Shown here: positions 15,114 to 23,218 of the stretch, piece after piece
How positions within the stretch are numbered: position 1 is the stretch's first letter
Layout of the letters: every line of letters starts with the position of its first letter
Source: a virus
Lineage: Duplodnaviria; Caudoviricetes
DNA: 25,633 nt
IMG/VR virus record: IMGVR_UViG_3300012952_000121
Span: 1-25,633 of that record
Strand: one strand, 5' to 3'
The notes under the pieces: generated by a model
Seen by the model: the letters and a program-made list of their open reading frames with translations, nothing else
Told to the model about the DNA's origin: nothing
Databases searched by the model: none
Program-made: the position numbers and the translations under genes

Positions 15114-16211
15114 TCAGTGTTTGCGGGTGTGGATCATCACCGGATCCATTGTACCCGGTGACGTTGTTGGGAGCGCCAGACCTTGGACGGCCACAGCGGC
15201 TCTCAGAGCGTTGGGACGGACTCGGCGGTAGTGCTTGAGCGCCACCAGTTCCGAGTGTCCGAGAAGGGCCGCGTATGTGGCTGGGTCGATGCCTGACTCT
15301 GCCAGGGTGTTCTCAACCATGCGCCGCAGCCCGTGCGGTGTGAAGCGGGGCACCCCCGTGGCCCTACATGCTTCGTTGATCTTCTTCCGGAACCCCACCC
15401 GGATCGTTGTAGGCTGAACACCGAACACCCGCCCCAGGGGCTGGGGTGGCCATGCTTCCAGGGCGTGCACCACCTCGTCCCGAAGGGGAACGATCCGTGT
15501 CTTGCCCTTCCCTGTGACCGTCACTTCACGGCGGTCCAGGTTCAGAGCATCCCAGCGCAGATTAAGAAGCTCTCCGATGCGGCAGCCCGTGGTGGCCAGC
15601 ATCAGGAACAGCAGCCCCGGCCACCCATCGAGCTGCTCCAAAACCAGGGCCGCCTCTGTGGGTGTTGGGGTGTAGTCGTTCTGTACTCGGGTAATGTTGA
15701 TGCGAGGTGCGGGGAGATCCCGAGCAGGACAGACACCCACCCGAGACCCCCACCGCCAGGCGATCTGAAAGACCCGCAGCTCAAGGGCTACGGTAGAAGT
15801 GGCAGCACCCTCGCGAAGCCGCCGATCCCTGTACTCCTCCAGATCACCCGCTCCCACTCGCTCAACCTTGTACTGCCCCAGCACCCGGGCCAGGTGCCCA
15901 GCTGCGGCTCGGTAGATCTCTGTCGTGCGCTTGGCCAGGTCTACCCGGCCGTCTATGCTTCCCACCCACACGTCCAGGAGGTCGAACACAGTCTCCAGCC
16001 TGGACGGGGTCACAGGTGCCCCCAGGCCCTCTGTGGCGACGTGCTCGGCAATGAGCCGGGTCACCTCTGCCCGGGTGGCCCAGCCGGCCCAGATGCTCTC
16101 CGTGGTGTTCTCGACGTAGCGCTCTGCCCGCCAGTACCACTCATCATCGCGCGGGCCTTTGACCGCCCGAACTCGGATGTCTCCCACACCGAAGCTCTTG
16201 GGGCGTCTCAT
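15114..16211 (-). CDS. int: Tyrosine recombinase / phage integrase
   Basis: Catalytic set TGCRIGE (R), TGKG (K), HGLRR (H-x-x-R), LLGHS (H), KHY (Y). Confidence 0.92.
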   Translation of the reverse strand: MRRPKSFGVGDIRVRAVKGPRDDEWYWRAERYVENTTESIWAGWATRAEVTRLIAEHVATEGLGAPVTPSRLETVFDLLDVWVGSIDGRVDLAKRTTEIYRAAAGHLARVLGQYKVERVGAGDLEEYRDRRLREGAATSTVALELRVFQIAWRWGSRVGVCPARDLPAPRINITRVQNDYTPTPTEAALVLEQLDGWPGLLFLMLATTGCRIGELLNLRWDALNLDRREVTVTGKGKTRIVPLRDEVVHALEAWPPQPLGRVFGVQPTTIRVGFRKKINEACRATGVPRFTPHGLRRMVENTLAESGIDPATYAALLGHSELVALKHYRRVRPNALRAAVAVQGLALPTTSPGTMDPVMIHTRKH

Positions 16212-16462
16212 CCTGCCACCTTCAGCCCGCCCCGGCGCAGGGGTGCGGGCTTCTTCTTCCGCTTCGGCTTCTCAGAAAGGCGGAGCGCCTCGACGACATC
16301 TCCCCAAATGACGACGGGGCGCCCCATTACGAAGCGCACTAACCCTTCCGTGCGCAGCCACTTCCGGCACTCTGACTCCCGACCAGGCAAGAGCCTGGCC
16401 GCCTCCGTCACAGAGAGCACCGCGGCAGCCCCAAGGGATAGTCTTGCTTCGCGTGTAGTCAT
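16208..16462 (-). CDS. Excisionase-like helix-turn-helix protein
   Basis: VLSVTEAARLL...RKWLR..GL pattern; ATGA overlap with int and TAATG overlap with ssb. Confidence 0.6.
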   Translation of the reverse strand: MTTREARLSLGAAAVLSVTEAARLLPGRESECRKWLRTEGLVRFVMGRPVVIWGDVVEALRLSEKPKRKKKPAPLRRGGLKVAG

Positions 16463-16941
16463 TAGAACGGCAGCTCTTCAGCATCCCGGGGCGCCTTGGC
16501 CCGCCGGGTGTTCAGTTCCTTCTTGGCCTGCTCTGCCTTGGCCTGTGCCTGGCGTACCTTGGTCTGGCGCCGGGGGGCATAGGTCTCCTTCAGAGCGTCT
16601 TTGATGTCGTCGCTGTGGCGCTTGTCGATGGCTTCCACCTCGCGGTCCGGCCAGTCGTACAGCTCCAGGGTGTGGCAGTCCATCTCCAGGGCTTGCTGTT
16701 CTGCCTCATCGCCCCACTTCCGGATCTCCAGCCCGCCGGCCACCATCACCCGGGCACCCTTGCGGGCGTTCTTGGTGACGAACTCGACGAGCTGTTGACG
16801 CCAGACGGTGACACGCAGCCAGGTCGCATCCCCGTTCCGGTTGTTGCTGGCGATGTTGAAGGAGGCAAACTCCTTCCCACTGTTGGTGGTCTTGATCTCA
16901 GGATCCCGCCCTAGGCGGCCTGTTGCAGTTGCTTGGATCAC
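16462..16941 (-). CDS. ssb: Single-stranded DNA-binding protein
   Basis: GRLGRDPEIK, F-N-I-A, TWLRVTVW, KGARVMVAGGL; C-terminal EELPF. GTG 16941 with GGAG RBS and GTGA overlap. Confidence 0.9.
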   Translation of the reverse strand: MIQATATGRLGRDPEIKTTNSGKEFASFNIASNNRNGDATWLRVTVWRQQLVEFVTKNARKGARVMVAGGLEIRKWGDEAEQQALEMDCHTLELYDWPDREVEAIDKRHSDDIKDALKETYAPRRQTKVRQAQAKAEQAKKELNTRRAKAPRDAEELPF

Positions 16942-17525
16942 TTGCTGTTGCTCCGTGAGGTCCACTCGGACCCCGTGAGGGTTGAGATAATGGTGCGCAG
17001 CTCGACCAGTTCCCGGAGGCTCAGCTCGTCGGCCCGCTGTGCGCCCATGGAGCCGATCGCCTTGGTGCACTGGGACTGGTCCCAGGCGCCCGTTTTGATA
17101 CGCTCGCGGGTGATGTCCCGGAGTCGCTGCAGTTCGTCGTCTGGCATCTCCTCCGAGGTGGTCTCAGGGGCGCCCAGGTAGATACGCAGCGCCCGGTTGG
17201 CGCTTCTGGTCTCGCTCATGCGAGGCAGGGCGGACTTCGCTATGCCCGTGTTCTTGGCGGTGGCGTCTCCGATCGCGCTGTAGGTGCGGACCGGGTCGCT
17301 GTGGACCGTGATGGTGGTGCGCGTCATGACGTAGACGGGCAGCCCGTCGGAGCCCTTCTCTACATCCAGCACCTCTGTCTCACAGGAGAACGGCTCCCCC
17401 TTGCCTGCAAGGTAGACGAGTCCCTTGTGGTTGACGTACTGCTTCCCGCTCAAGCGATCGATCCCCTCTGGAAACTCCTTCTTGAGTACATCCACCGGGC
17501 GGTTGCTGGCCTTCTTTGCTGGCAT
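16938..17525 (-). CDS. Putative single-strand annealing protein (Rad52/RecT-like)
   Basis: GKQYVNHKGL...IGDATAKN...RMSETRSANRALR; directly upstream of ssb. Confidence 0.6.
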   Translation of the reverse strand: MPAKKASNRPVDVLKKEFPEGIDRLSGKQYVNHKGLVYLAGKGEPFSCETEVLDVEKGSDGLPVYVMTRTTITVHSDPVRTYSAIGDATAKNTGIAKSALPRMSETRSANRALRIYLGAPETTSEEMPDDELQRLRDITRERIKTGAWDQSQCTKAIGSMGAQRADELSLRELVELRTIISTLTGSEWTSRSNSK

Positions 17526-17554
17526 CAGATCTCCGTGTTCAATCTGTTTTTACA

Positions 17555-17596
17555 CTTCTACCGGATTTGCAAACCGGTGTCAAACAATGTTATACA
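17555..17596. promoter_or_regulatory. Divergent promoters overlapped by an operator-like palindrome
   Basis: Minus: TTGACA (17583-17578)-17 nt-TAGAAG. Plus: TTGCAA-18 nt-TATACA. Palindrome TGTCAAACA-A-TGTTATACA at 17578-17596. Confidence 0.6.
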
Positions 17597-17642
17597 CCTG
17601 TCTGGATGGCGAGTTGAAACCTGCAACAATGGAGAAAGCCAG

Positions 17643-18128
17643 ATGCCGAACGTGTCCCAGATCACCCCGGGATCGCTGCCCGTAGAGGCAGGCGAAGTAC
17701 TGCACCAAGTAGAGATCGGGCCGTGTGAGATGCGCCTGTATTCCTCGGGAGTGATCTACTTGATCGACGTGCCTGGAGTGGACGAACTGTGGACGCCAGC
17801 CCACCAGAAACGGGCGGATATGTGGCTGCGGTCCGTGGCCCCTGGGCTTGTTCGTTGGTACTCCATGAGCATCTGCCGGAAGCTCCCACAGATGTCGTTC
17901 GAGGCCCTGAACGAAAGCCCACAGCTGGCACCGGAAACGGAGCGCGGGTGTCTTACCTTGGTGGTAACCAATCGCTTCGGGGCCGTGCTGGCCAACTGGT
18001 TGGTGGGGTTCATCCGCTGGGCAGGCAAGGCCCGGATCCATATCACCAGCACAGAGGCGGAGGCCTGGGATCTGCTGTCTGAGATGATGAAGGCGGACGG
18101 CTTCGAGTGGGATCCCGATGCCTGCTAA
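17643..18128 (+). CDS. STAS/SEC14 (SpoIIAA-like) domain protein, tentative
   Basis: GGAGA RBS before ATG 17643. C-terminal LTLVVTNRFGAVLANWLVGF...IHITSTEAEAWDLL fits the strand-helix-strand-'EA.xxL' end of this fold. Confidence 0.5.
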   Translation: MPNVSQITPGSLPVEAGEVLHQVEIGPCEMRLYSSGVIYLIDVPGVDELWTPAHQKRADMWLRSVAPGLVRWYSMSICRKLPQMSFEALNESPQLAPETERGCLTLVVTNRFGAVLANWLVGFIRWAGKARIHITSTEAEAWDLLSEMMKADGFEWDPDAC

Positions 18129-18378
18129 GCCCCACGAAGACGTGCGGACAGCCCTGCTCCGCGCGGTAATTGACCTGTCAGATCACGAGGCAGAGGTAAC
18201 GCTCGCGTGGCTGCACAACGATGGGCCAGCCCGTGTGGATGACCTGCTGGCCGGTATGCTGCGGACGCTGTCAGGAGAGAAGGCCGGGCCAATCCTCAAG
18301 CCCGAAGACACCAGCCGGGATGATGCTGTGGCCGCCATCGCTGCAGCCCTTGACCTGCTTATCCAGTCTCCTCGGTAG
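18118..18378 (+). CDS. Small helical hypothetical protein
   Basis: 86 aa; overlaps the upstream ORF end; convergent with the repressor. Confidence 0.6.
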   Translation: MPAKPHEDVRTALLRAVIDLSDHEAEVTLAWLHNDGPARVDDLLAGMLRTLSGEKAGPILKPEDTSRDDAVAAIAAALDLLIQSPR

Positions 18379-18697
18379 GCTCTGCGGCTGCGTCGATATA
18401 GCTGCTCATCAGGCGCCGAACCGCGTCGATCGCCCCGTCGTCTGCCGTCATTGCAAACGCCTCCATCAGGACCTCATCGCTGGTCTTTTCCTGTGCGCCG
18501 TGGACCTCAAAGGACAGCCCCAGGCCCACCGCCTCGCACCAACTCTGGAGCTGCTCGATGCTCGGGCGGTTCTTCAATCCTTCCCAGTTGTAGATTGATC
18601 CGCGGACGACACCCAGAGCGCGGGCAAGCTGTGTAACGCTGATGCCTTCCCTCTTCCGCGCCTCTATGAGCGCGTCCACTACCTGGTCCCATCTCAT
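18359..18697 (-). CDS. XRE-family HTH regulator, cI-like repressor candidate
   Basis: LIEARKREGISVTQLARALGVVRGSIYNWEGLKNRPSIEQL; divergent from a second HTH gene; no S24 peptidase domain. Confidence 0.8.
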   Translation of the reverse strand: MRWDQVVDALIEARKREGISVTQLARALGVVRGSIYNWEGLKNRPSIEQLQSWCEAVGLGLSFEVHGAQEKTSDEVLMEAFAMTADDGAIDAVRRLMSSYIDAAAEPTEETG

Positions 18698-18731
18698 GCC
18701 CACAACGTAACCGGTCCCCCCTGGTTACTCT

Positions 18732-18785
18732 TGTCTAACATCTTTGAACAACAATGCTGGACGCATGTGTCAGAAATGTTAGACA
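18732..18785. promoter_or_regulatory. Operator region between divergent HTH genes
   Basis: Inverted repeat TGTCTAACAT (18732-18741) / ATGTTAGACA (18776-18785) in an AT-richer spacer. Confidence 0.65.
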
Positions 18786-18791
18786 CTCTGC

Positions 18792-19037
18792 ATGGCACTT
18801 GCTGAACTACTGAAGGCGCACCGGCACTCTCGGGGGCTGTCTCTTTCTCAGATGGCCGCCCTCCTGGGAGACTTCGGCGTCTGCCGTACCCGGGGCATGC
18901 TGCACCACTACGAAAACGAACGGGCCAAGGTCCCCCGGGATGTGCTGACCGCCTACGTGGGCGCGCTCGGTCTGTCGATGGATGAGGCCCGGGAGCTGTA
19001 CGAGGCTGGTGGCCTTATCGTGGTGGTCCCGGCATGA
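18792..19037 (+). CDS. Cro-like XRE HTH protein
   Basis: LKAHRHSRGLSLSQMAALL...RGMLHHYENERAKVP; 81 aa. Confidence 0.8.
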   Translation: MALAELLKAHRHSRGLSLSQMAALLGDFGVCRTRGMLHHYENERAKVPRDVLTAYVGALGLSMDEARELYEAGGLIVVVPA

Positions 19038-19552
19038 GTCTGGTGGTGGGCATCGACCCAGGCAAGACAGGGGCAGCCGTTGCGCTGGGGCTGGATGGTA
19101 CCCCCATCGAGTGGATAGCAGCTGACCACCCGGCAGAAGGCTACGTGGTCAAGGGCCACAAGAAGCGCCACTATGTGCCGAGCTGCATGGCCATGTGGCT
19201 GGCAGACCTGGGGCCCATTCGCCTGGCAGTCATCGAAAAGCAGCAGGCGATGCCCATGGAGGGGCGTTCTTCAGTCTTGACCAATGGGTTTGGCTTCGGC
19301 CTCTGGGTGGGTGTGCTCGCCGCTCTGAAGATCCCCTACCAGGTAGTGCCCCCAGCGACGTGGACCCGCTCCGTGTTTGGTGGCACCCCCCGAAAGGGAG
19401 AGCGCAAAGCCCGCGCGATTGTGACGGCGCGGGCCAGGCTGCCAGACCTGCCGCTCATCTGGGGCCGGAAGACCAAGCCCCACGACGGCCTCGCGGATGC
19501 TGGATGCATTGCCCTGCATGCGCTGGACATCCTGCCAGGGGGGGACAAATGA
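19034..19552 (+). CDS. RuvC-like Holliday junction resolvase
   Basis: VVGIDPGKTGA, AVIEKQ, VPPATW, HDGLADA: the acidic catalytic residues of the RuvC fold. Confidence 0.85.
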   Translation: MSLVVGIDPGKTGAAVALGLDGTPIEWIAADHPAEGYVVKGHKKRHYVPSCMAMWLADLGPIRLAVIEKQQAMPMEGRSSVLTNGFGFGLWVGVLAALKIPYQVVPPATWTRSVFGGTPRKGERKARAIVTARARLPDLPLIWGRKTKPHDGLADAGCIALHALDILPGGDK

Positions 19553-19815
19553 GTGCACCGATCGTCAAGCCCGACAGCACCCGGGGAATCATTCTTCTCT
19601 GGGTGTGCACCGACCCAGTGAACACATGGACCAGTAAGGACATGGCCGATGAACTGGAAGACATGGGAATCCCCAGGCCCCAGACCATGGCAGCGATTGC
19701 AGCGCTGAGACAGCGCGGTCTGCTGTGGCCAGGCGACACCAGGAACCGAAGGCTTGACCGGCTCCGGGCCACCTACGACGGCCACCAATCGATCAGGGAA
19801 CAGGGGGCAGCATGA
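19549..19815 (+). CDS. Small winged-helix-like protein
   Basis: ATGA overlaps at both ends; WTSKDMADEL...AIAALRQRGLL. Confidence 0.6.
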   Translation: MSAPIVKPDSTRGIILLWVCTDPVNTWTSKDMADELEDMGIPRPQTMAAIAALRQRGLLWPGDTRNRRLDRLRATYDGHQSIREQGAA

Positions 19816-20231
19816 CACACGCACCGAGGGATCTGCCTGTGCCGCAGGTCTACATTGAGGGAGAAGGCTGGGTGATGGAGGACGAATATGAAGATCGCGA
19901 GCTGTTCAACGGGGACCACTACATTCTGGGCGGCCGGGTGCCGATCCTCTGTGAGGATATGAGCGCCTGGGCACTGTGGATGGCTGCAGCCAATCGGGTC
20001 CTGGCAGCGACCACGATCGGGGACCACCGCGTGCAGACCGTCTTCCGTGGGGTGGATGCTGCAGTCGATGAGGGCCCGGCCCTGCTGTATCGGACCACCG
20101 TATCGGGCACGGCCTACGGTAGCGTGATCGACAACTACAGCACCTGGGCAGATGCTGAGAAGGGGCACAAGCGGATCTGTGAGGGCATCGCCACCAACAC
20201 CCTTTTCACTCACGAACCGGGGCAAAGATAG
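19812..20231 (+). CDS. Conserved hypothetical phage protein
   Basis: YIL.G..P...D...W..W...V.TVF.G.D...YSTW..A..GH pattern; coupled start. Confidence 0.7.
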   Translation: MTHAPRDLPVPQVYIEGEGWVMEDEYEDRELFNGDHYILGGRVPILCEDMSAWALWMAAANRVLAATTIGDHRVQTVFRGVDAAVDEGPALLYRTTVSGTAYGSVIDNYSTWADAEKGHKRICEGIATNTLFTHEPGQR

Positions 20232-21714
20232 TCCCTACGGGGCCGTCCTCCATATCGATGAGGACACCCATGAGGCCCGGCGAACTGGTGACGTAGCCCG
20301 CCCCTGCATGCCAGGCGTCTGGGGCTGCCAGGCTGGGCAGCTGGAAGTGCCGTACCCCGCCCACCTCTCTGACTCGCTGGTGGTGCAAGTGTCCACCGAA
20401 GGCGACATGGTGACGGGACCGGCCCCACATCTCGCGCCTCTCCTTGCTCATGACGGCCCCGAGCTTTTCAGGCTTGCACGTGTCGCCATGGGTGAAGCAT
20501 GCCAGGGTCTTGCCGATCTCCTGGTAGTTGCGCAGCGCATGGTCTGCCGAGACTGTCACCCGGTCGCTGTGCTCATACGCCGCCCGCAGATACAACAGCA
20601 GGGCGTGCGCGCTCGTCCGGTCGTGGTTGCCCGCCATGAGCACCACGTGCACCGGTGCCACCGTGGCGAGAATGTCGAGGTGTTCCCGGGCCAGTTCTGC
20701 CCCGGTGATCAACAGCTCCAGGGGTGTGCCGTCGATGTGCTGAGGAGTGCCACGGGTCGTGGAGCTCGTGAGCCCATCAACGTGGATCCAGTCTGACCCC
20801 ACCGCCACCGTGATGCCCTTGGGCTGCCCGGGTAGTCTGCTCGCTAGGTCCTCTGTTGTCTGCAGCAATCGGCGCCGGGCTTCCTTCCGGTTGTACTCCG
20901 AACCGCTCTCCATGGCCCAGCTTCTCATGCCCCAGTGAAAGTCGGTGGCAGAGGTCACCAGCCAGAAGGGGCGGTCTGCTCTGCGCATCCGGAGCCGGGG
21001 CACGCTGTAGTCCTGCCGCTCTGTCATCCACTCCCGGAACCGGGACAGCGTGGTGGCCTCAAAGTCCCACCAACTGCGGGCCGCTTTGCTGGTCTCCTTC
21101 GCTGAGAGCTTCTCGGTCTTGGTGGCCAGGGCGCCGAACTTGAGCGCCAGCGCGTCCTGGGCCAGGTCATCGACTCCACGACGGGCTACCTCCTCGGAGC
21201 TGAACGGGGCAGAGTCGTGGGTGATGCCGTGCGCCCGCAGGTAGCCAATCACCCAGGCCCGGGGAAGGCCGGTACGCCGCGATATGCCGTTGAGGCTTAC
21301 TGGCTCCCCGTCCCAGTTGGAGTACCACCGAACGATGGCCCGGTGAGCGTCTCCCGTTGTGGTGACCCAGGCCCGCGCCTGGGGGACGAACGTGCGGTAA
21401 GTGTCCGCCTCGCGGTCGAACTCGGTCAGAGACCTGTCGATCTTGACGGGCTCCAGTTCGATCTCAGCCGGCGGTTGTGCTGCTGCCTTGCGCTGGCGTA
21501 GGTGGCGCCTGGAGACGTTGACGTTCGGCGGCCCGTCTGGGGGTGGGGTGTTTGGCCCGCCCTCTTTCCGTACTCTCTCCAGGACCTTGTCCAGCTTCGG
21601 ACGGCTAACCGGGGTGACCCCATCGGCCTGCATCACAGTGGCCAGACCCACCCGCCCCAGAGGTATCTCTGCTACCTCATCGCCCCAGCGCTGCCATATG
21701 GAGTCGAGATCCAT
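20206..21714 (-). CDS. Calcineurin-like metallophosphoesterase-fold protein with long N-terminal (HTH-like) extension
   Basis: Motifs TDFHWG, GSDWIH, AGNHD, THGD, GHLHH in canonical order. Confidence 0.8.
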   Translation of the reverse strand: MDLDSIWQRWGDEVAEIPLGRVGLATVMQADGVTPVSRPKLDKVLERVRKEGGPNTPPPDGPPNVNVSRRHLRQRKAAAQPPAEIELEPVKIDRSLTEFDREADTYRTFVPQARAWVTTTGDAHRAIVRWYSNWDGEPVSLNGISRRTGLPRAWVIGYLRAHGITHDSAPFSSEEVARRGVDDLAQDALALKFGALATKTEKLSAKETSKAARSWWDFEATTLSRFREWMTERQDYSVPRLRMRRADRPFWLVTSATDFHWGMRSWAMESGSEYNRKEARRRLLQTTEDLASRLPGQPKGITVAVGSDWIHVDGLTSSTTRGTPQHIDGTPLELLITGAELAREHLDILATVAPVHVVLMAGNHDRTSAHALLLYLRAAYEHSDRVTVSADHALRNYQEIGKTLACFTHGDTCKPEKLGAVMSKERREMWGRSRHHVAFGGHLHHQRVREVGGVRHFQLPSLAAPDAWHAGAGYVTSSPGLMGVLIDMEDGPVGTIFAPVRE

Positions 21715-21939
21715 CTACTGACAGGATGCATCAGTGGCCGCACACAGGGCGGAGAGGGTGATCCGTAGATCGATGAGTGTCTCGATCATCTCGCCGTGTT
21801 CCGTCTTCAGCTCCAGGATCTCATCCTCAGCAGCTGCGACACGGTGCAGGGTGACCCCCATGGTGATGAGCAGCGGAACCGTAACGGCTGCCAGCTTGCC
21901 CACAGAACCCAGCGTAATTTTAGCTTGCTCGATCGTCAT
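21715..21939 (-). CDS. Membrane-anchored coiled-coil protein (lysis cassette)
   Basis: Hydrophobic LAAVTVPLLITMGVTL followed by a heptad-like helix. Confidence 0.6.
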   Translation of the reverse strand: MTIEQAKITLGSVGKLAAVTVPLLITMGVTLHRVAAAEDEILELKTEHGEMIETLIDLRITLSALCAATDASCQ

Positions 21940-22141
21940 GTTTCACACCCCAACGCCGGGCTATCGCCTCGGCACTATCGCCCCCGATGTAGACGGCCGA
22001 CACGGTCAGCCACTCCATGGAATCGATGAGATCAAAGTAGAGGAAAGCACAGGCCGCAACCCAGACGAGCAGGCGACGCCACGAGATGCGGCGTCCCTGA
22101 CCATCGAAGAGTGCGATACCCGCGCGCTTGATGGCTTCCAT
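21920..22141 (-). CDS. Holin-like membrane protein
   Basis: ATG 22141 (TGATG coupling). ISWRRLLVWVAACAFLYF and WLTVSAVYIGG give two hydrophobic segments plus a charged tail; near the endolysin. Confidence 0.55.
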   Translation of the reverse strand: MEAIKRAGIALFDGQGRRISWRRLLVWVAACAFLYFDLIDSMEWLTVSAVYIGGDSAEAIARRWGVKHDDRAS

Positions 22142-22497
22142 CAGCCCGACCGCCTGATCTTGCGCAGTGCTTTCCGGATGTCCTTCCGGCCCCGCTTGCG
22201 GTGGCTTACCCGATGGATGAACAGGCACAGCTCCACGAGCCCGCCCAGGATGCGATCCCGCTGGCGCTCTTTCAGTTCGCCCCACTCGGGTACATCGTCC
22301 AGCGAGGCGTCCAACATCTCCTTGGTCTCCTCGACCACGAACGCGAAGCGCTCCGGGCCTGGGCGGTCCTTGGCCTCATCCAGCTCTTCGACCAGATCGA
22401 TCACCGCCGGGAGTGCGGACGAGATAAGCCGAGCAATCCAGCCAGGCGCGCGAGGAAATACAAGAGAAAACAAGGAACCGACAACGATCTCAAGCAT
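22141..22497 (-). CDS. Hypothetical lysis-cassette protein
   Basis: 118 aa; hydrophobic N-terminus, very basic C-terminus. Confidence 0.65.
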   Translation of the reverse strand: MLEIVVGSLFSLVFPRAPGWIARLISSALPAVIDLVEELDEAKDRPGPERFAFVVEETKEMLDASLDDVPEWGELKERQRDRILGGLVELCLFIHRVSHRKRGRKDIRKALRKIRRSG

Positions 22498-22582
22498 GCG
22501 AGCTTCTCCCCTGGCCGATGGCGATGATGAGAAACAGGACGCCGATGGCGCAGATGAACTCCACGGGATCTATCGATGGCAT
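22490..22582 (-). CDS. 30-aa single-pass membrane peptide
   Basis: Not in track. AGGAG RBS; MPSIDPVEFICAIGVLFLIIAIGQGRSSHA*; overlaps both neighbours. Confidence 0.55.
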   Translation of the reverse strand: MPSIDPVEFICAIGVLFLIIAIGQGRSSHA

Positions 22583-23004
22583 TGGAGACACTCCTGTACA
22601 GCCTGACGGAATGCGACCATGTCGATCCCGGGGCATTGTGTGGATCCCAGTTCGCTGTGCCCCTTGATGGCGGCCTCTGGGTGCTGCCGGCTCAGGTCCG
22701 CGACGAGCTGCACCGCCAGGCGGTACTGTTCTGGTGATGGGACCGACCCATCCTCAAACGATCCCACGATGGCGCAGCCAATGGACCCGGTGTTGTAGTT
22801 CCGGGCATGGGCTCCCGTTCGGTCTGGTGATCTGCCCAGTCGGATCGTGGGCTTGGGGCTGGCCTCGATCAGGTAGTGGTACCCGGCGTTGGTGCCAGAG
22901 ACCCGGGAAAACCCCCGGGCCTTGTGCCACAGCGACACGTCCTCCAGGGTGGTTTCCTCCCCCGAGGCTGTGTGATGCACGACGATGTACTTGATTTTGC
23001 GCAT
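22570..23004 (-). CDS. Endolysin, N-acetylmuramoyl-L-alanine amidase (Amidase_2, T7 lysozyme-like)
   Basis: IVVHHTA, WHKARGF, GYHYLI, GAHARNYNTGSIG, GHSEL..TQCPG (His/His/Cys zinc ligands). Confidence 0.92.
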   Translation of the reverse strand: MRKIKYIVVHHTASGEETTLEDVSLWHKARGFSRVSGTNAGYHYLIEASPKPTIRLGRSPDRTGAHARNYNTGSIGCAIVGSFEDGSVPSPEQYRLAVQLVADLSRQHPEAAIKGHSELGSTQCPGIDMVAFRQAVQECLQCHR

Positions 23005-23007
23005 GGG

Positions 23008-23208
23008 CTACCGGGTGACCTTTGAGTCAAGCCAGGCCACCACGTTGGCAGCCTCAGCTGGGTCAGACAGCGCAGCGTTCCACACGTCCGCCAGGACCTG
23101 GGCGTGGATGACGATCTCCTGATGCTCGACACCCGCCGTGCAAGACTCCTCCACGTTGCCCTCTGCGGTGTTTCGGTCGTCTGCGTTGATCTCGTTCGGT
23201 GTTGGCAT
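23008..23208 (-). CDS. Small acidic hypothetical protein
   Basis: GGAGG RBS; 66 aa, after the fibre-like gene. Confidence 0.7.
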   Translation of the reverse strand: MPTPNEINADDRNTAEGNVEESCTAGVEHQEIVIHAQVLADVWNAALSDPAEAANVVAWLDSKVTR

Positions 23209-23218
23209 GGTGCCTCCG

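Noticed and set aside
15333-16604. Long antisense ORFs (also 6369-7361, 11436-12350, 21734-22606 and others)
   Set aside because: Shadow frames of real genes in GC-rich DNA, with no motifs or RBS.
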